A program made the position numbers and the translations under genes. Positions 1 to 10,034 of a stretch of 64,000 nt of DNA are shown here, piece after piece. Below the pieces are notes generated by a model, which worked only from the letters and a program-made list of their open reading frames with translations, searched no databases and was not told where the DNA came from. The DNA is taken from contig OZ244621.1 in assembly GCA_965218425.1 (NCBI GenBank), positions 4,395,498 through 4,459,497 on the forward strand, written 5' to 3'. The DNA comes from an uncultured Candidatus Binatia bacterium (GTDB lineage Bacteria; Desulfobacterota; Binatia; UBA9968; CAXXLF01). The stretch's first letter is position 1; the number at the start of each line of letters is the position of its first letter.

Positions 1-798
1 CAGATGGGTATCGTTAATGGGTACCCAATAATGAACCGTCATCCCGTCCATCCCACCGGGTATGAACCCCTGGCACGGCATCACGAAATTGGTCACGCGA
101 AAGAGGTTGGTGTCTACCCTTGTCTTCCGGAGCGAAATCATCCTAACTCCGTAATCTGTTTCGGCAGCCTCAAGCTTCGGCGCGCCGTCTGCCGCATAGC
201 CTTCGTTTTCGAACCCCACAGCCCCAGCATGGAAGGATCTGTGAAGATAGGAAAGATGAGATGAATCACAGTCTCCCTCGAGACCTTGAAGGTAATTGCA
301 ATCGAGCAATACTTTAGTTACATAAACGTGGTCCTCGGGCATCGCAGCCCACTCATAGTTGGGAAATAGAGGTATCTCTTCTTGCGGACCCATATAGGCA
401 AACACGAGGCCCGCCACTTCTTTGCAAGGATAGGCTTTATGGTGAATCTTCTTTCGAAAATCGCTTCCTGGCGGTTCCGCGGGGGTCTCCAGGACGTTCC
501 CTTTCACATCGTATTTCCAGCCATGATAGATACATCGCAGGCCGCAATCCTCGTTGCGCCCATAATAGAGGGATGTGCCTCGGTGAGAACAGTGCTCGTC
601 TAGGAGTCCCACCCTTCCCTGGCTGTCTCGAAAGGCCAGGAGCTCCTCACCCAGCAACCTCACCTGTACCGGCGGGCAGTCTGGCTCGGGAATTTCTTCC
701 GACAACACTGCCGGGATCCAATAGCGCCGGAACAATCCACCCATAGGTGTACCGGGCCCGGTGCGAGTTAAGAGTTCATTTTCTACATTTGAAAGCAT
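1..798 (-). CDS. Rieske aromatic-ring oxygenase alpha subunit (LigXa / phthalate 4,5-dioxygenase-like); runs off the window start
   Basis: Manual translation from ATG 798 gives MLSNVENELLTRTGPGTPMG..., Rieske motif CSHRG...CIYHGW and mononuclear Fe motif DSSHLSYLH. Absent from the ORF track. Confidence 0.9.
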   Translation of the reverse strand, partial: MLSNVENELLTRTGPGTPMGGLFRRYWIPAVLSEEIPEPDCPPVQVRLLGEELLAFRDSQGRVGLLDEHCSHRGTSLYYGRNEDCGLRCIYHGWKYDVKGNVLETPAEPPGSDFRKKIHHKAYPCKEVAGLVFAYMGPQEEIPLFPNYEWAAMPEDHVYVTKVLLDCNYLQGLEGDCDSSHLSYLHRSFHAGAVGFENEGYAADGAPKLEAAETDYGVRMISLRKTRVDTNLFRVTNFVMPCQGFIPGGMDGMTVHYWVPINDTHL

Positions 799-890
799 CG
801 ATGCAGGACTAAATCACTCGCTTGGATTTTCAAGAACCTCTCGAAATTATTTCCTCTTCTTAAAACCGGTTATTATTTGTAGATCCTCTA

Positions 891-1918
891 TCATTTTTGG
901 AGGCAGCGAATGAATTTGTTCAACTCCCTTCTCGACCTGCCGCCATGTACATGGGTAACATTCAATCTGGATTTTTTGGCGTCTTTCAGAAACTGTGGAT
1001 CTTTCATGGTGGCCGCAAAGGCCTTGCGCAGGATATCCAGCCGATCCTTAGGCGTCCCCGGAGCCACCGAATAGGGCTTGGTTATCTCATTCTTCGCATT
1101 AAAAGCATTCCATTGGGTTAATGTCCTCTCATTCTTGATGACCTCATGAAAGAACGGGATATTCTTGACCTCCGGATCGTTCCATTTTTTCGTCATTACA
1201 AAGGGGATGAACTTGTCCTCACCCTCCGCACCCAGCATGGACTTCGCTGTAACCCTCATGGACTCCCAGGTCCAACAGGCCGCGTCCGCTTCCCTTGATT
1301 GCATGGCCAAAGGCATCCTGGCTGTTCCTGCGTACCCGGTGATTACTCTAAACTTTGTTCCCAGGGCTCGGTTCAGGAACTTGGGCGGCTCCGTCGTGTT
1401 CCCAGGCGCCCTAGTGGCAGGGACCTCAGGGTCCTACCTGACTTCACGATGTCGTCGAGGGATTTTAGGCCTGTGTGACCCATAATGCCACAGGTAATTG
1501 TCTCGGTCGTGGGGGTGCCAAGCCAGCCCAGCTCCCGTGGATCAAACTTTACCTTCTTGTCCCCCAACGCATGACCAAGAATAATCCCTGGAGTCCAAAC
1601 TGCTACAGTTAGCCCGTCTGGCCTGGCTCGGTCGGCGTTATAGTTCGCGGCGATCAGACTTCCTGCTCCAGTCATGTCCATCACCACAGGGGTAGGATTT
1701 CCCGGAGTATACTTGCCAATATGACGGGCAATAGCCCGTGTGTAAGTGTCGTAGCCTCCACCTGGGGAAAAGCCCACAATGAAGCGCCTGGTCTTGCCTG
1801 CATAAAAGTCAGCACCGAACGCCGGGGTCGAAGCACCGAAAACTAGCACCAGGCCAAGTAGAAAGTAGGAAAATTTCGCATTCGTAATATATTCCTTCTT
1901 CATATCATAAAATGGCAA
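891..1918 (-). pseudogene. Bug/TctC-family tripartite tricarboxylate transporter substrate-binding protein, frameshifted
   Basis: N-terminal ORF 1373-1918 (signal peptide, IVGFSPGGGYDTY, MTGAGSL) continues in another frame near 1425 (...KFRVITGYAGT...) into ORF 891-1316 (APGTPKDRLDILRKAF). Confidence 0.8.
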
Positions 1919-2175
1919 AAAAACCAGCGCACCCTAACGGCACACAATTGCAGAGTGACTGGTGTTAAGTTTTTTTCTTCATTGTCCCCTTCACGGAACA
2001 AATACCATCCGTTAAGCCTCACATCGGGTTAGATGCTTTAGAAATAATGATGGAGAACTGACATGCTACGAGCTAAGGGGCCCTATATCAATCATAGAAA
2101 TTTGTGTCAACGGGGGCTTTGAATTGTTGGGAGGAAGTAATCTAGAAACCATAGAGCCGAAGCCAGCGCCTTAAG

Positions 2176-3408
2176 TTACCCCAGAAGGTTCTTGCCGCGA
2201 ATTCGTGGGACCCGTAACAGAACCAGCGCAGCCAGGAGAACTACCATTGAACCCATTACGGTAACGGTGATGGGCGCACTGAAATAGTGCGCTGCGACTC
2301 CTGCGGCAAAGGATCCCATCGGGGTAAGTCCCCGTTCAAGCAAGAAGAGGCTATTCACACGCCCCCGGAGCTCATCCGGCACGGTCAATTGTACCATGGT
2401 GTTTTTGATGGCCCCGAACAGGGCATGGAACCCTCCTACCCCCATAAGAGCCACTAAGGCAAGCGACAAGGAAGTGGATTGGGAAAAGAAAATTAGCGAA
2501 AGACCCAAAAGCGTCATACAGCCCAGTAGAAACAAGCCCTTCCGTACAATGCCGCTTGCGATGGTGGCTAATAATAGCATTCCCCCCACGGCCCCCAAGC
2601 CGGGTGCGGCAACCATAAAACCGAGTCCTTCGGGGCCCACCCCCAACACGTCTTTTTGAAAGATCGGCATCAAAGCCTGGTGCGGCATGGCGAAGACCGC
2701 AGGAACCAAAGCCACAACCATGATGGTCACCACCATAGGATTGGACCACAGATAACCAACCCCTTCTCTAAAATGCGTTATGACCGACGATTTTTTACCT
2801 ACGGCTTTTACCGGAGCTAGGCGCAATGAATAGGTCACCAGCGCGGCACACGCGGTCACTGCGCTTTCAACAAACAAATTCCCAGCGGCACCGAACAAGG
2901 GAATCAAAAAACCACCCAACACAGGCGCAATGACCCTGGTGGTGTTAAAGGCACCGAAATCCAATGCCACTGCGTTCATGAGTTCTTCTCTGGGCACCGT
3001 GTTGGGTATGATGGAGTGTTCTACCGTAATGAGAAACGAGGCCATAACTCCTGTGATCGAAACGAAGACAAAGAGATGCCATATTTGCACTATTCCTAGG
3101 GCCACCACGCTCCCCATGCTCAAGCTCAGAAGCGAGAACAGGCAGTAGAGACTTGTAATGAGTTTGCGTCGGTCCACACGGTCCGCAATGACACCGCCCA
3201 CCGGACCGAATATCAAGAAGGGCAACATTCGAAGGGCGCTTAACGCTCCCAGCAAAACGGCAGAGCCGGTCAGATCATAGACCAACCACCCCAAGGTAAG
3301 TTGCTGGATCATCATCCCCGCCCCTCTAAAGACTGTGCCAGCCCACATGAGGCGGAAATTCCTATGTCGAAGGGAGGAAAAGGTTCCCCCGTTAAACAGA
3401 TTGACCAA
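2176..3408 (-). CDS. MFS transporter (MFS_3/DHA3-like)
   Basis: 410 aa, about 12 hydrophobic segments, FSSLRHRNFR start, GGVIADRVDRRK motif A. Confidence 0.9.
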   Translation of the reverse strand: MVNLFNGGTFSSLRHRNFRLMWAGTVFRGAGMMIQQLTLGWLVYDLTGSAVLLGALSALRMLPFLIFGPVGGVIADRVDRRKLITSLYCLFSLLSLSMGSVVALGIVQIWHLFVFVSITGVMASFLITVEHSIIPNTVPREELMNAVALDFGAFNTTRVIAPVLGGFLIPLFGAAGNLFVESAVTACAALVTYSLRLAPVKAVGKKSSVITHFREGVGYLWSNPMVVTIMVVALVPAVFAMPHQALMPIFQKDVLGVGPEGLGFMVAAPGLGAVGGMLLLATIASGIVRKGLFLLGCMTLLGLSLIFFSQSTSLSLALVALMGVGGFHALFGAIKNTMVQLTVPDELRGRVNSLFLLERGLTPMGSFAAGVAAHYFSAPITVTVMGSMVVLLAALVLLRVPRIRGKNLLG

Positions 3409-3641
3409 TGCTTACTCCAGATTTCTTCCCTCAATGGGTAGGAAGGTTGTTCGATGCGTCGCTCTCTCTGTTAGCACAAAGGAAAAGGAGGGGTAAAGCC
3501 CGTACTGCAAACGCACCTGTAAAGGAAGCGCTAACCCGCCTGACGCGCGTCTCAAGACGGCCATTCTTAGGTCAATTCAAACCACAGGAAAGTTCGAACC
3601 AGCCGGCAATGGCAAATGGACGGAGTCGATTTCTTTGCGCT

Positions 3642-5093
3642 TTATTGAGTTCCCAAATTTCCGCCGGCCACGGTGGCAGCCCTTGCTGGGAGTATCGAGA
3701 ATTCGACACGCCGGTTTTCTTGCTGCCCCTCTGGGGTGTCATTGCCAGCTATGGGTTGGTGAAATGCATACCCAGATGCTGATAACCGAGTGGGATCAAT
3801 CCCTACTTCATCGACCAAATAACGAACGATGGTGGCAGCCCGGGCGGTGGACAATTCCCAGTTGGTGGGATACTTGCGTTGGAGATCCCACCTGATGGGC
3901 CGGGAATCGGTGTGGCCCTGTACTTGGATATGTTTGTCTTTGATCTGTCGCAGAGCTTCAACTACCTTTTTTAAAACGCCAAATCCGGAATCCTTTATGG
4001 TAGCCCGGGAGGAATCGAACAGGATTTTGTCCTCCAAGTGTACCGTAGTTAAGCCGGCAAGCCGTGCGATTTTCACCTGACCAGCATCAATTTCTTTCTT
4101 GAGTGATTCTATCAATTGTTGCCGGTCTCGAAGGGCTTGTTCTCTATCTCTCTTGGCCTTGGCGAGTTCCTCGGCCTCAGCCGATATACGCTGCAGCTTA
4201 CCTGAAAGTTGAGACTTGGCCCGCGCGAGCTCCCGAGCCTCAGCGGAAACAAGCTCCAGTTGATCGGAAAGTTGATTCTTACCGGCCAATAACTCCTGGC
4301 TTTGTTTTTCGGTCTCTCGCATGTCCAATAAAAGGGATTCGTTTTGCCTTTGAAGACCCCGGCGGGCCTTGCCCAGTTCGGCAACCCGAAGCTGTTGCTC
4401 AGCGATGATCTGCTCCCGCTCCAGGAGCACCGCTTTCATCTCTCCGACACTGGCTTTCAATTTTGCGATCTCCTGTTCTTGTTCAGCGGAAACAAGCTCC
4501 AGTTGATCGGAAAGTTGATTCTTACCGGCCAATAACTCCTGGCTTTGTTTTTCGGTCTCTCGCATGTCCAATAAAAGGGATTCGTTTTGCTTTTGAAGAC
4601 CCCGGCGGGCCTTGCCCAGTTCGGCAACCCGAAGCTGTTGCTCAGCGATGATCTGCTCCCGCTCCAGGAGCACCGCTTTCATCTCTCCGACACTGGCTTT
4701 CAATTTTGCGATCTCCTGTTCTTGTTCAGCGGAAACAAGCTCCAGTTGATCGGAAAGTTGATTCTTACCGGCCAATAACTCCTGGCTTTGTTTTTCGGTC
4801 TCTCGCATGTCCAATAAAAGGGATTCGTTTTGCTTTTGAAGACCCCGGCGGGCCTTGCCCAGTTCGGCAACCCGAAGCTGTTGCTCAGCGATGATCTGCT
4901 CCCGCTCCAGGAGCACCGCTTTCATCTCTCCGACACTGGCTTTCAATTTTGCGATCTCCTGTTCTTGTTCAGCGGTAAGGTGCTTGTATTTGACTGCCTC
5001 ACTTCTCATCCATAGACCAAAGACCGGTCCAACAACCAATGCGAGCCCCACGACAATCAAGGCCACGTACAGAAACTTCCTATTAATATTCAT
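3642..5093 (-). CDS. Membrane-anchored coiled-coil protein with C-terminal OmpA/MotB-like peptidoglycan-binding domain
   Basis: N-terminal TM segment, repeated coiled coil, then ILFDS...GHTD...NWELSTARA...NRRVE. Confidence 0.9.
   Translation of the reverse strand: MNINRKFLYVALIVVGLALVVGPVFGLWMRSEAVKYKHLTAEQEQEIAKLKASVGEMKAVLLEREQIIAEQQLRVAELGKARRGLQKQNESLLLDMRETEKQSQELLAGKNQLSDQLELVSAEQEQEIAKLKASVGEMKAVLLEREQIIAEQQLRVAELGKARRGLQKQNESLLLDMRETEKQSQELLAGKNQLSDQLELVSAEQEQEIAKLKASVGEMKAVLLEREQIIAEQQLRVAELGKARRGLQRQNESLLLDMRETEKQSQELLAGKNQLSDQLELVSAEARELARAKSQLSGKLQRISAEAEELAKAKRDREQALRDRQQLIESLKKEIDAGQVKIARLAGLTTVHLEDKILFDSSRATIKDSGFGVLKKVVEALRQIKDKHIQVQGHTDSRPIRWDLQRKYPTNWELSTARAATIVRYLVDEVGIDPTRLSASGYAFHQPIAGNDTPEGQQENRRVEFSILPARAATVAGGNLGTQ
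4240..4975. repeat. Three tandem 243-bp (81-aa) near-identical repeats inside the OmpA/MotB gene
   Basis: The same sequence recurs at a 243-bp period (shadow ORFs start at 4344, 4587, 4830). Only a QKQ/QRQ difference is visible in the protein. Confidence 0.95.
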
Positions 5094-5337
5094 TTAAGCC
5101 CCCCACAATATCTTGGCAGGTTTTACGGGTTTATTATGCCAACCATCTAGGACGAACGGACCTCCACGTAAGTGCCTAATTTTACAACAGTCGCGGAATC
5201 GAAGGATCAACGCCGCGAAAAAATTCGCAAGCATGCTTTGACAAAAACCGTAAAAATCAATCCATGATAATTAATATCCGCGGATCCCCCCCCGCCACAG
5301 AGGCCTCGGCGAGTCCTGATTCAGGCAAACACGAGTC

Positions 5338-6333
5338 CTATGGAGACGGGAATAGCTCTTCCAAGGGGACCTTTCGTTTCATTAGCCCCTGTTCCACCAG
5401 GTGATCCATTAATGTATTCAGGGTGTGCCGGTTGGGCTCAAGTCCATAGGACCACCCATCTCCACTGAAAAACTGGTCCAACTGTTCCAGATCATCCCAT
5501 AACCAGGGTAGCATAAACCGTAAAGTACCGCCCTCGCTAATTCGATCCAACACCCAATCTTTCGCTTCGACCATCGCGTTGTAGATACTTTTTGCCACCC
5601 AGGAGCGCTCCCGGTAGAGGCTCTCCTTCAGAACCATGGTGTGCATGATCGGAAAAATACCCGTCCTTCGGTAGTAGTTCTGTTCCACTTCCCGAAAGTT
5701 AGGGAAAAGCCTCTGCACATGGGGGCTGGAGCCAAAAGAGGTAGGTTTTCTGGCGCCGAGCAGGGCGTCCAGCTCGCCATTTCCCAACATTTCGTCCAAA
5801 CTCTTGCCCTGGGGAGCAAACTCAAGGGAGAAAGACCCCCCCGGTTTGAGGTCCAGCTCATCAGGAGGCCGCGCAGCATTGATGCCCCCCTCCACCCATC
5901 GAATGGTGGTCAGGTCAACACCGTAATCATGTTGTAGGGCACCCTTGGCCCATACGGCCGCCGTCTGTCGAAACTCTGGCACCCCCACACGCTTCCCTTC
6001 CAGGTCCTTCGGTTTCTCTATACCCGAGCGGGTGTTTACGAAGATAAACCCGTGGCGAAAGACCCTGGAGGGAAAGACAGGGATTGCAATGAACGGGAAC
6101 TTCCCCTGTGAACGAAGGGACATGTAAAGTGCCAGGAACATCTCAGCAATATCGAACTCGTTTTCCTTAACAGCACGATCCACCAGCAGCGGAGGGGGTT
6201 CAATGGCCAGGTAAGTAAGATCGATGCCCTCTGGCTTAACCATGCCATTGCGCAATGCTTCAGTTCTGTCGTAGGGGCCACAGGCCATGGTGAGGTTTAA
6301 CCTATCCGTCTTCGTATTCGGCGATTTATTCAT
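5338..6333 (-). CDS. Substrate-binding-fold protein, 4,5-dihydroxyphthalate decarboxylase-like
   Basis: ACGPYDRTEAL...FPSRVFRHG...GIFPIMH...YGLEPNR motifs. Confidence 0.8.
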   Translation of the reverse strand: MNKSPNTKTDRLNLTMACGPYDRTEALRNGMVKPEGIDLTYLAIEPPPLLVDRAVKENEFDIAEMFLALYMSLRSQGKFPFIAIPVFPSRVFRHGFIFVNTRSGIEKPKDLEGKRVGVPEFRQTAAVWAKGALQHDYGVDLTTIRWVEGGINAARPPDELDLKPGGSFSLEFAPQGKSLDEMLGNGELDALLGARKPTSFGSSPHVQRLFPNFREVEQNYYRRTGIFPIMHTMVLKESLYRERSWVAKSIYNAMVEAKDWVLDRISEGGTLRFMLPWLWDDLEQLDQFFSGDGWSYGLEPNRHTLNTLMDHLVEQGLMKRKVPLEELFPSP

Positions 6334-6532
6334 GTGGATCTTCGTTATCTCAAATTGCCTAACACCGCAAGAAATCTTTATGACTAATTGTGCAATCCAT
6401 CACAAAGGTCATTGCAATGGAACCTCAGTGACAGTGTATAAAGTTACCCATACTACCTGCGAGAAGGGATGTAGCCCGATCCAATGGCTAAGCAAACAGA
6501 CGAAATGACGCCTAACTCGGAGGTGGGTTGAA

Positions 6533-6802
6533 ATGCGGGGCGACGCACATACTCATTTTATCAGCCTCGACTTCATCAAGCATCTGGAAGGTCGTAGCAC
6601 CCTTTCCAGCAGTGCCTTGGAGGGGGGCACCTACTTTACCACCTGTGCTCAGGGGTTTCGGCTGCCAATCCTCCCCAGAACCACTGACATGGAAGTGAAG
6701 CTTAAGGACATCGAGGATATGAGCGTTGATCTATCCGTCCTCAGCATTCGCCACTCAGCACTGAGTCTGCTTTGGGCGAGTGGCCAATTATGCGGATTAT
6801 AA
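6533..6802 (+). pseudogene. Amidohydrolase-2 N-terminal fragment
   Basis: RBS ggagg upstream, DAHTH metal motif, ...DMSVDLSVLS, then truncated at 89 aa. Confidence 0.55.
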
Positions 6803-6826
6803 GGAAAGCTCCTGAATATATTGGGC

Positions 6827-8038
6827 CTAAATAAGTTCGTACAGTTCCTGAGGCCGGCTGCCCAATCGCTCGACACCATTTCTCCGAACCACCACAATCT
6901 CACCCCAACGGCCATAATCCGGCTTCCCATCGACAAAGACGCTCGGCTTCACGATCATCACGCAACCTTCTTTCAACTCCATTGCTCTCAGTTCATGGGT
7001 AATGCGAGTTGTAACCAGGGGCCCATCATCGCCTGTCCCACGCCCGTGCATGAGTAGCTTCGCTTCCCCCCGGCCATTCATTCCCTTCACCTCTCCGGCA
7101 GTAAGCAACTCTCCAACGGTGACGCCAGGTTTCATGGCTTCCACCACTCTATTGTAGGACTCGAATATCAATTGCATCCCGTCTTTGAGGTCCTGAGGGG
7201 CAGCCCCGATGGAAAAGGCCTGGTCGATCTGAGCGATATAGCCTCCCCATCGACCTTCGATTTCGATGCCAAGAACATCACCGGTTTCGAATTTACGAAA
7301 GGACGGCAGTTCTACGCGGTGATAAGTATTGCCCAGGGGCCCGCTGCTCCACCCAAACATAGGGGTAAAACTTCCCCCTTCAACGGCACTGGTGTACATC
7401 ATGTGCCCGAACACCTCCCGTTCGGCCACACCAATGCGCGCATGATTCACTACCGATTGAAGAACCTTCTCGGCGATTTGAGCCCCCTTGCGGAGGAATC
7501 CAATTTCCTCTTCACTTTTTTGGTAGCGCGCTTCGCCCAGGAGGTCCGTGGCAGATACCACCCTGGCGTTGGGAAGAGCCTGCTTGATCAGTTCCACCGA
7601 CTGCCAGTTGGCTTCGCCCTCAGTTTCCCGGCAATGACCCAATATTCCTCCGGTGAGTCCAGTAATGCCAACCACACCACGCTCAAACCCCATCTCCTTC
7701 AAACGAGTCACGACGGTTCGACCTCCAGTACCGCGGGGCGCCGGACGAATGTCCGTGAGCCAGTTGGACGAGGGCCAGACACCCCCCCGTGAGAGCCAAG
7801 CGGTCACCTCATGATCCAAGGGGAAAACGACCGTCACCTCGTCAGAGTTTTCCCCGAGCTGTGTCAGGTAAATGGGATCCGCCTGACCTCGGTTGTGACT
7901 GTTAGTACAGGGAAGGCACACGAGGACGTCTATCCCGTCACCCGCCATCAATTCCCGTACCTTGCGCCACCGCCGGTCCCGTTCCTGTAGGGAGAAAACA
8001 GCGTTACTCCATTCTTGGCTCCATTGTTCAGGCATCAT
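6827..8038 (-). CDS. M24-family (Xaa-Pro peptidase / creatinase-like) protein
   Basis: Start moved to ATG 8038 after a GGAGG RBS. Motifs FSLQERDRRW, ARYQKSEEEI, GGYIAQ, HGRG. Confidence 0.85.
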   Translation of the reverse strand: MMPEQWSQEWSNAVFSLQERDRRWRKVRELMAGDGIDVLVCLPCTNSHNRGQADPIYLTQLGENSDEVTVVFPLDHEVTAWLSRGGVWPSSNWLTDIRPAPRGTGGRTVVTRLKEMGFERGVVGITGLTGGILGHCRETEGEANWQSVELIKQALPNARVVSATDLLGEARYQKSEEEIGFLRKGAQIAEKVLQSVVNHARIGVAEREVFGHMMYTSAVEGGSFTPMFGWSSGPLGNTYHRVELPSFRKFETGDVLGIEIEGRWGGYIAQIDQAFSIGAAPQDLKDGMQLIFESYNRVVEAMKPGVTVGELLTAGEVKGMNGRGEAKLLMHGRGTGDDGPLVTTRITHELRAMELKEGCVMIVKPSVFVDGKPDYGRWGEIVVVRRNGVERLGSRPQELYELI

Positions 8039-8257
8039 ACCCCTCCAAATCAAACACAAAGTGCCCACGGGGGCAACGATTCTAAGCACATCCCTTGTCG
8101 CACAGCGTGGCAACCCATTGCAAGACAAAACGGTCTTTAACGGTACATTACAGCGCATGAAAGTAAGTGGAGAATCAACACGACACCAGAGAAGGGTTTT
8201 GCCCTTGAAGAGGGGTTTCTCAATTACCGTAGTGACGCGGTCTTGTCGGGGGATCAA

Positions 8258-8569
8258 ATGAAAAACATAATTCTCACGTCCGTCTTCTCACTTTTGATGC
8301 TAAGCATTGCGCTGCCAATGAGCACAGCCAGCCAATGGCATGAAGGGAGAAGCCTGCAGGGGGCCCTTGTAGGTCAACGGAAGATGGCTACCGATACAAA
8401 CAAATTGGCTACGGCCGCGGCTTGGATCACGTTTCAACCCAAGATCAAGGACAAGGCTTACTACGCTCGCATGATCAAAGACCTCATGCCCCAAGCATTC
8501 CCCAAGCATTTAAATTGGTCCAATGTGTGGATCGCTCAGCGGCCATTGAAGACCTTTGTATCGTTTTAA
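8258..8569 (+). CDS. Hypothetical exported protein or fragment
   Basis: Signal-peptide-like N-terminus MKNIILTSVFSLLMLSIALP. Confidence 0.35.
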   Translation: MKNIILTSVFSLLMLSIALPMSTASQWHEGRSLQGALVGQRKMATDTNKLATAAAWITFQPKIKDKAYYARMIKDLMPQAFPKHLNWSNVWIAQRPLKTFVSF

Positions 8570-8905
8570 AGACGGTGGTGGAGAGCCTTAGCTATGAATG
8601 TCTTATGGCAAGCAACGGTAAAGAGGCTGTGGATATGGCTGCCTCCGAATTACCGGATGTCATCATGATGGATGTGATGATGCCTCAGATGGACGGCTTT
8701 ACAGCCGCGGGCCTTATTCGTCAGAATCCAAAAACTGAATCATACCAATCTTGGCTGTAACCGTTTTGAATTCCCATAAAAAGAAGCAACAGTGCCTGGA
8801 CAGCGGGGACAACGATGTCATCCATAAGCCTTCGCGCCGTCACAATTGGCTGCCCACCTGGAAAGGCTTTTGAAGGAATCCGGTACTAAAGCCCAGCCGT
8901 CCTAA
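8565..8905 (+). pseudogene. Response-regulator receiver domain, frameshifted
   Basis: ASNGKEAV...PDVIMMDVMMPQMDG, then other frames give ILAVT...DVIHKP. No clear start. Confidence 0.7.
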
Positions 8906-8959
8906 TGTTAGAGGCTACCCTTTTTCTCCCCGCAAATGCGCAAAGCTTTCCTGGACAGA

Positions 8960-9397
8960 TTAAGAACGCACAATGTCTTCGTACGAAGGCTCGGGCATTC
9001 CCTGCTTCCAGGTTGGATCGCGGAGTTCAAGCCTGTTACCGCTGGGATCGTGGAAATAGAGCTCTCTTCCTGTGAAATAGCCCTTTGCCCGGTAAACCAT
9101 CTCTATGATGGGAATTTTCTTTTCGTGAAACACCTTACACGCCTGCACAAAGGATTCCGGAGTTACCGTAAAGGAATGATGAATTCGATCCTCTCCTTTG
9201 GACTCTTTTGGCACTGGGTGCTCTCGTTCACATAGCAGGATATTGTGGTCGCCCACGTTGAAGCAGGTCATCACAGCGTTGCCGAGCCGCCCAACATGCT
9301 TAAGGCCGAGCAAATCGCCGTAAAATTTCTCTGACTCTGGCACACTGTTCACTGGAATGGACCAGTGGGTCACGCCCTCAATTTTCAGTAATCCCAT
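8960..9397 (-). CDS. VOC / glyoxalase-family protein
   Basis: GVTHWSIPV...FYGDLLGL...HHSF...YFHDPSGNRLE. Confidence 0.9.
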   Translation of the reverse strand: MGLLKIEGVTHWSIPVNSVPESEKFYGDLLGLKHVGRLGNAVMTCFNVGDHNILLCEREHPVPKESKGEDRIHHSFTVTPESFVQACKVFHEKKIPIIEMVYRAKGYFTGRELYFHDPSGNRLELRDPTWKQGMPEPSYEDIVRS

Positions 9398-9654
9398 ACT
9401 CGCCTCCTTTGTGACATCCTACAATCGCCAATTTTTAACCGTTCGAATGATTATGCGCAACTGGGCCCGCACCCTTTCCCTCACCATACCCCACCTGAAG
9501 AGTTTGGCAGGTTACCCTTCGGCATCTATACCACCGTGCACTATGGTGTCAAGACAGGCAAGGCACTCTTTCAAAAAGTGTCGTGCGAAATGTCTCGTCC
9601 GCCATGTCCGACCAGGGGAAACAAAGTTTGCATATTCTTCATCCCCGTCAACTT

Positions 9655-9878
9655 AGGGCTTCGGGGTCTTGCTTCGCTTCACGGGACTCCCGCAGCGACC
9701 CACCGGGCCCACACTCGATGCTACGGGAGCTGCCGTGCCTGAGCGGAAGTTCGGTCCCGGGGCGTGGAAGCCTCTGCGAAGCTGAGGAAAAGCGGCATCG
9801 ACTGTTCGAGCAAAGCGAGTTTCGAGGCTGCCCGCCGAGGAGCCCTGAAGCGAGGGACGGCGGCTCCCGTACAAGCAT
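9655..9878. repeat. GC-rich intergenic palindromic element (REP/MITE-like); 9655-9709 recurs inverted at 35750-35803
   Basis: Arm tacgggagctgccgtgcct (9722-9740) pairs with agggacggcggctcccgta (9853-9871). About 55 nt are shared with the second locus. Confidence 0.65.
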
Positions 9879-10034
9879 GTTCAATCCCTTACCAGAACTG
9901 AGGTTTTCAACCTGCGGAACCACACTTTTTGCGCTAGAGCCGGTAGGCGGAAGAGCGGGGTCAGTGACGCAGTTTCCGGAGAGCATCTGGAAAGCAGAAA
10001 TTTCTTTAAAGGGTCCGACCGACGGCCTCCCACC

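Noticed and set aside
4240..4975. CRISPR array
   Set aside because: Contiguous 243-bp in-frame coding repeats without spacers; no cas genes in the window.
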